Assembly (NCBI GenBank): GCA_027339205.1
Contig: DAHWOV010000114.1
Coordinates: 750 to 64,749 of the forward strand
Length of the DNA stretch: 64,000 nt
Direction of reading: 5' to 3'
From: Acidimicrobiaceae bacterium
GTDB taxonomy: Bacteria > Actinomycetota > Acidimicrobiia > Acidimicrobiales > RAAP-2
In this document: piece by piece, positions 61,942 through 64,000 of the stretch
How positions within the stretch are numbered: the first letter of the stretch is position 1
Layout of the letters: every line of letters begins with the position of its first letter
Position numbers and translations under genes: made by a program
Notes under the pieces: generated by a model
What the model saw: only the letters and a program-made list of their open reading frames with translations
Database searches by the model: none
What the model was told of the DNA's origin: nothing

Positions 61942-63764
61942 CCACCGACGCATGGCGGGGCATCGCGGCCGAAGAGGTCGAGGACGTCCCGGCTGCGTGG
62001 ACCGCGCTGCTCAGGACGCGCACGCGCCATCTGATCGGCTCGCTCGCGCGGCCCCACCGTCGGGCGCTGGTCCTCGTGGGCCTCGCGATCGTGCTCTCGA
62101 ACGCCGCAGCGACCGCGATCCCCTATCTCGTCGGCCTCGGCATCGACCGGGGCGTCTCGGGCGCGCGCGTCCACGACTACCTGCCGATCGAGGTCATCAC
62201 CGCGGCGATCCTCGTGTGCGGCGTGATCCAGGCGCTCATGTACCGGGTCTTCGTGGCGGGGTCCGGTCGGATCGGTCAAGAGATCGTGCTGGAGCTGAGG
62301 AACCGGGTCTTCGCGCACTTCCAGCGGCTCAGCCTGGCGTTCCACGAGAAGTACACGACGGGTCGGATGATCGCTCGGCTCACCTCGGACTTCGACTCGA
62401 TCAACGAGATGTTCAACCTCGGTCTCGACACCTTGTTGAACGCGGTCCTCTCGATCGTCGGGGTCGGGGTGATCCTGCTCGTCCTCGACCTGCCGCTGGG
62501 CCTCGTGTGCCTGACCGGGTTCATCCCGCTCTTCTTGTTGTCCCGCTGGTACCAACGTGAGTCGACCGCTGCCTACCGAGTCGGTCGCAACGCGATGGCG
62601 CTGGTCATCGTCCAGTTCACCGAGTCGCTCCGGGGAATCCGAGCCGTCCAGGCGTTCCGCAGGCAACGGCGCAACGACGAGGTGTTCGGCCAGCTCTCTG
62701 AGGGATACCGGGCGGCGATGAGCAAGTCCTTCAAGCTGCTGGGCATCTACTGGCCGGGCATCATCATCGTCGGCAACATCACCACCGCCGCGGTCCTGCT
62801 CTACGGAGGATGGCGCGTCATCGACGGCGAGATGGAGGTGGGGATCCTCGCGTCCTTCGTGCTCTACCTCCAGCGCTTCTTCCAGCCGCTCGCCGAGGTG
62901 AGCCAGTTCTACGACTCCTTCCAGGCGGCAGCGGCGGGGTTCGAGAAGCTCGCCGGGGTCCTCGACGAAGAGCCCGACGTGCCGATGGTCACGACCTGCG
63001 CGCCGCTGCCGGCAGGAGGACTGCGCGGAGAGGTGAAGTTCGAGGACGTCACGTTCCGCTACCGCTCGGGCAAGGTGATCCTGGATCACTTCGACCTGCA
63101 CGTCCCGGCCGGTCAGACGGTCGCGCTGCTCGGTGAGACGGGTGCGGGGAAGAGCACGATCGCGCGCCTGCTCGCGCGCTTCTACGATCCGGTCGAAGGC
63201 ACCGTGTCGGTGGACGGGATCTCGCTGCGCGACTTCGACCAGCGCACCTTGCGCCGGGCCGTGGCGATGGTGACCCAGGAGAGCTTCGTCTTCTCGGGGA
63301 CCATCGCGGACAACATCGCGTTCGGCTCCCCCGATGCGACCTACGACGACGTGGTCGCTGCGGGCAAAGCCGTCGGCGTCGAGTCCTTCGTCCACGCGCT
63401 CGGCGACGGCTACTCGAGCGACGTCGGCAAGGCGGGCTCCCGGCTCTCGGCAGGACAGCGCCAACTCGTGGCGCTCGCACGCGCGTTCCTTGCGAACCCC
63501 GCCGTGCTCATCCTCGACGAGGCCAGCAGCTCCCTCGACGCGCCGATGGAACGCCTGGTCCAGTCGGCGCTCAAGACCGTGCTCGCCGGACGCACCTCGC
63601 TGATCATCGCCCACCGCCTCTCGACCGTGGACATCGCCGATCGCGTCCTCGTGCTCGACGCGGGCCACATCGTCGAAGACGGCGCCCCCGCCGAACTGCT
63701 CGCGTCGGGCTCCGGACACTACGCGAGCCTCCATGCGGCGTGGAACGAGAGCCTCGACCGGTAG
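61938..63764 (+). CDS. ABC exporter, fused permease/ATPase (heterodimer subunit 2)
   Basis: GTG at 61938 overlaps the upstream stop (GTGA). Walker A GETGAGKST, signature LSAGQRQLVALARA, Walker B VLILDEASSSLD and H-loop IIAHRL. Confidence 0.9.
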   Translation: MTTDAWRGIAAEEVEDVPAAWTALLRTRTRHLIGSLARPHRRALVLVGLAIVLSNAAATAIPYLVGLGIDRGVSGARVHDYLPIEVITAAILVCGVIQALMYRVFVAGSGRIGQEIVLELRNRVFAHFQRLSLAFHEKYTTGRMIARLTSDFDSINEMFNLGLDTLLNAVLSIVGVGVILLVLDLPLGLVCLTGFIPLFLLSRWYQRESTAAYRVGRNAMALVIVQFTESLRGIRAVQAFRRQRRNDEVFGQLSEGYRAAMSKSFKLLGIYWPGIIIVGNITTAAVLLYGGWRVIDGEMEVGILASFVLYLQRFFQPLAEVSQFYDSFQAAAAGFEKLAGVLDEEPDVPMVTTCAPLPAGGLRGEVKFEDVTFRYRSGKVILDHFDLHVPAGQTVALLGETGAGKSTIARLLARFYDPVEGTVSVDGISLRDFDQRTLRRAVAMVTQESFVFSGTIADNIAFGSPDATYDDVVAAGKAVGVESFVHALGDGYSSDVGKAGSRLSAGQRQLVALARAFLANPAVLILDEASSSLDAPMERLVQSALKTVLAGRTSLIIAHRLSTVDIADRVLVLDAGHIVEDGAPAELLASGSGHYASLHAAWNESLDR

Positions 63765-63950
63765 CGCTGGACACCGCGCGCCAGCGCCGCACACGACAAA
63801 GCCTCGGAAAGGATCCGAGCCTGCGCCCCCCCCATCGGCGCGGCGGCCCCGCCCCCGCGATCCTTCGCGCTCGGTGGCGGAGCATGCGTGAGCACGTACG
63901 CCGGAGCACGTCCGCCACCTCCTTGGGCGACCGCAGGGATTCGGTCAAAG

Positions 63951-64000
63951 TCACAGCGCGCTGAGAACGAGCTTGTCGTTGCCGCGTGTGATGTGCACGA
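63951..64000 (-). CDS. Possible 3' end of a minus-strand gene running off the window
   Basis: Reverse translation gives ..VHITRGNDKLVLSAL-stop (TGA at 63953-63951). Only 16 codons are visible and no family can be assigned. Confidence 0.15.
   Translation of the reverse strand, partial: VHITRGNDKLVLSAL

Overview
This is a very high-GC window from the chromosome of an Actinomycetota organism. A WhiB-family gene, the topA-tmk-holB order, TrkA pairs without a membrane partner, an ArsA-like ATPase pair beside whiB, and VKOR all point that way. All family calls come from motif recognition in the translations; I could run no searches.

The window is gene-dense, and many operons are joined by 1-4 nt start/stop overlaps (GTGA, ATGA, TGATG).

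- **1-35 kb, conserved backbone:** FAD oxidase (missing from the ORF track), tRNA-Thr, holB-tmk-topA, H+-pyrophosphatase, an APC-type permease fused to an OB-fold, a TrkA pair, a HAD hydrolase, a group-2-like sigma factor, nadE, glnII-glnA plus a GlnR-like regulator, RidA, a compact 2Fe-2S/molybdo-hydroxylase fusion, HesB/Mrp Fe-S assembly proteins, MBL and NUDIX hydrolases, a DUF929-VKOR-DUF929 cluster, WhiB, two ArsA-like ATPases, a receiver protein, a CBS/CorC protein and tRNA-Pro.
- **35-51 kb, ion-transport block after tRNA-Pro:** a P3A H+-ATPase-like pump coupled to phosphoketolase, PiT plus DUF47, a P2 pump coupled to a second TrkA pair, and a roughly 1500-aa two-module P-type ATPase broken by a frameshift.
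- **51-64 kb:** an alaX-like/selB/selD/selA operon, an orphan ParA, an LLM oxidoreductase, aminopeptidase C and a two-gene ABC exporter.

Short tandem repeats with 13-, 15- and 18-bp units recur, often at protein termini. I found no CRISPR array, integrase, transposase or rRNA.

The most interesting candidates are the RCK-coupled P-type pump, the AlaX-like gene inside the selenocysteine operon, and the VKOR/CPYC-protein cluster.
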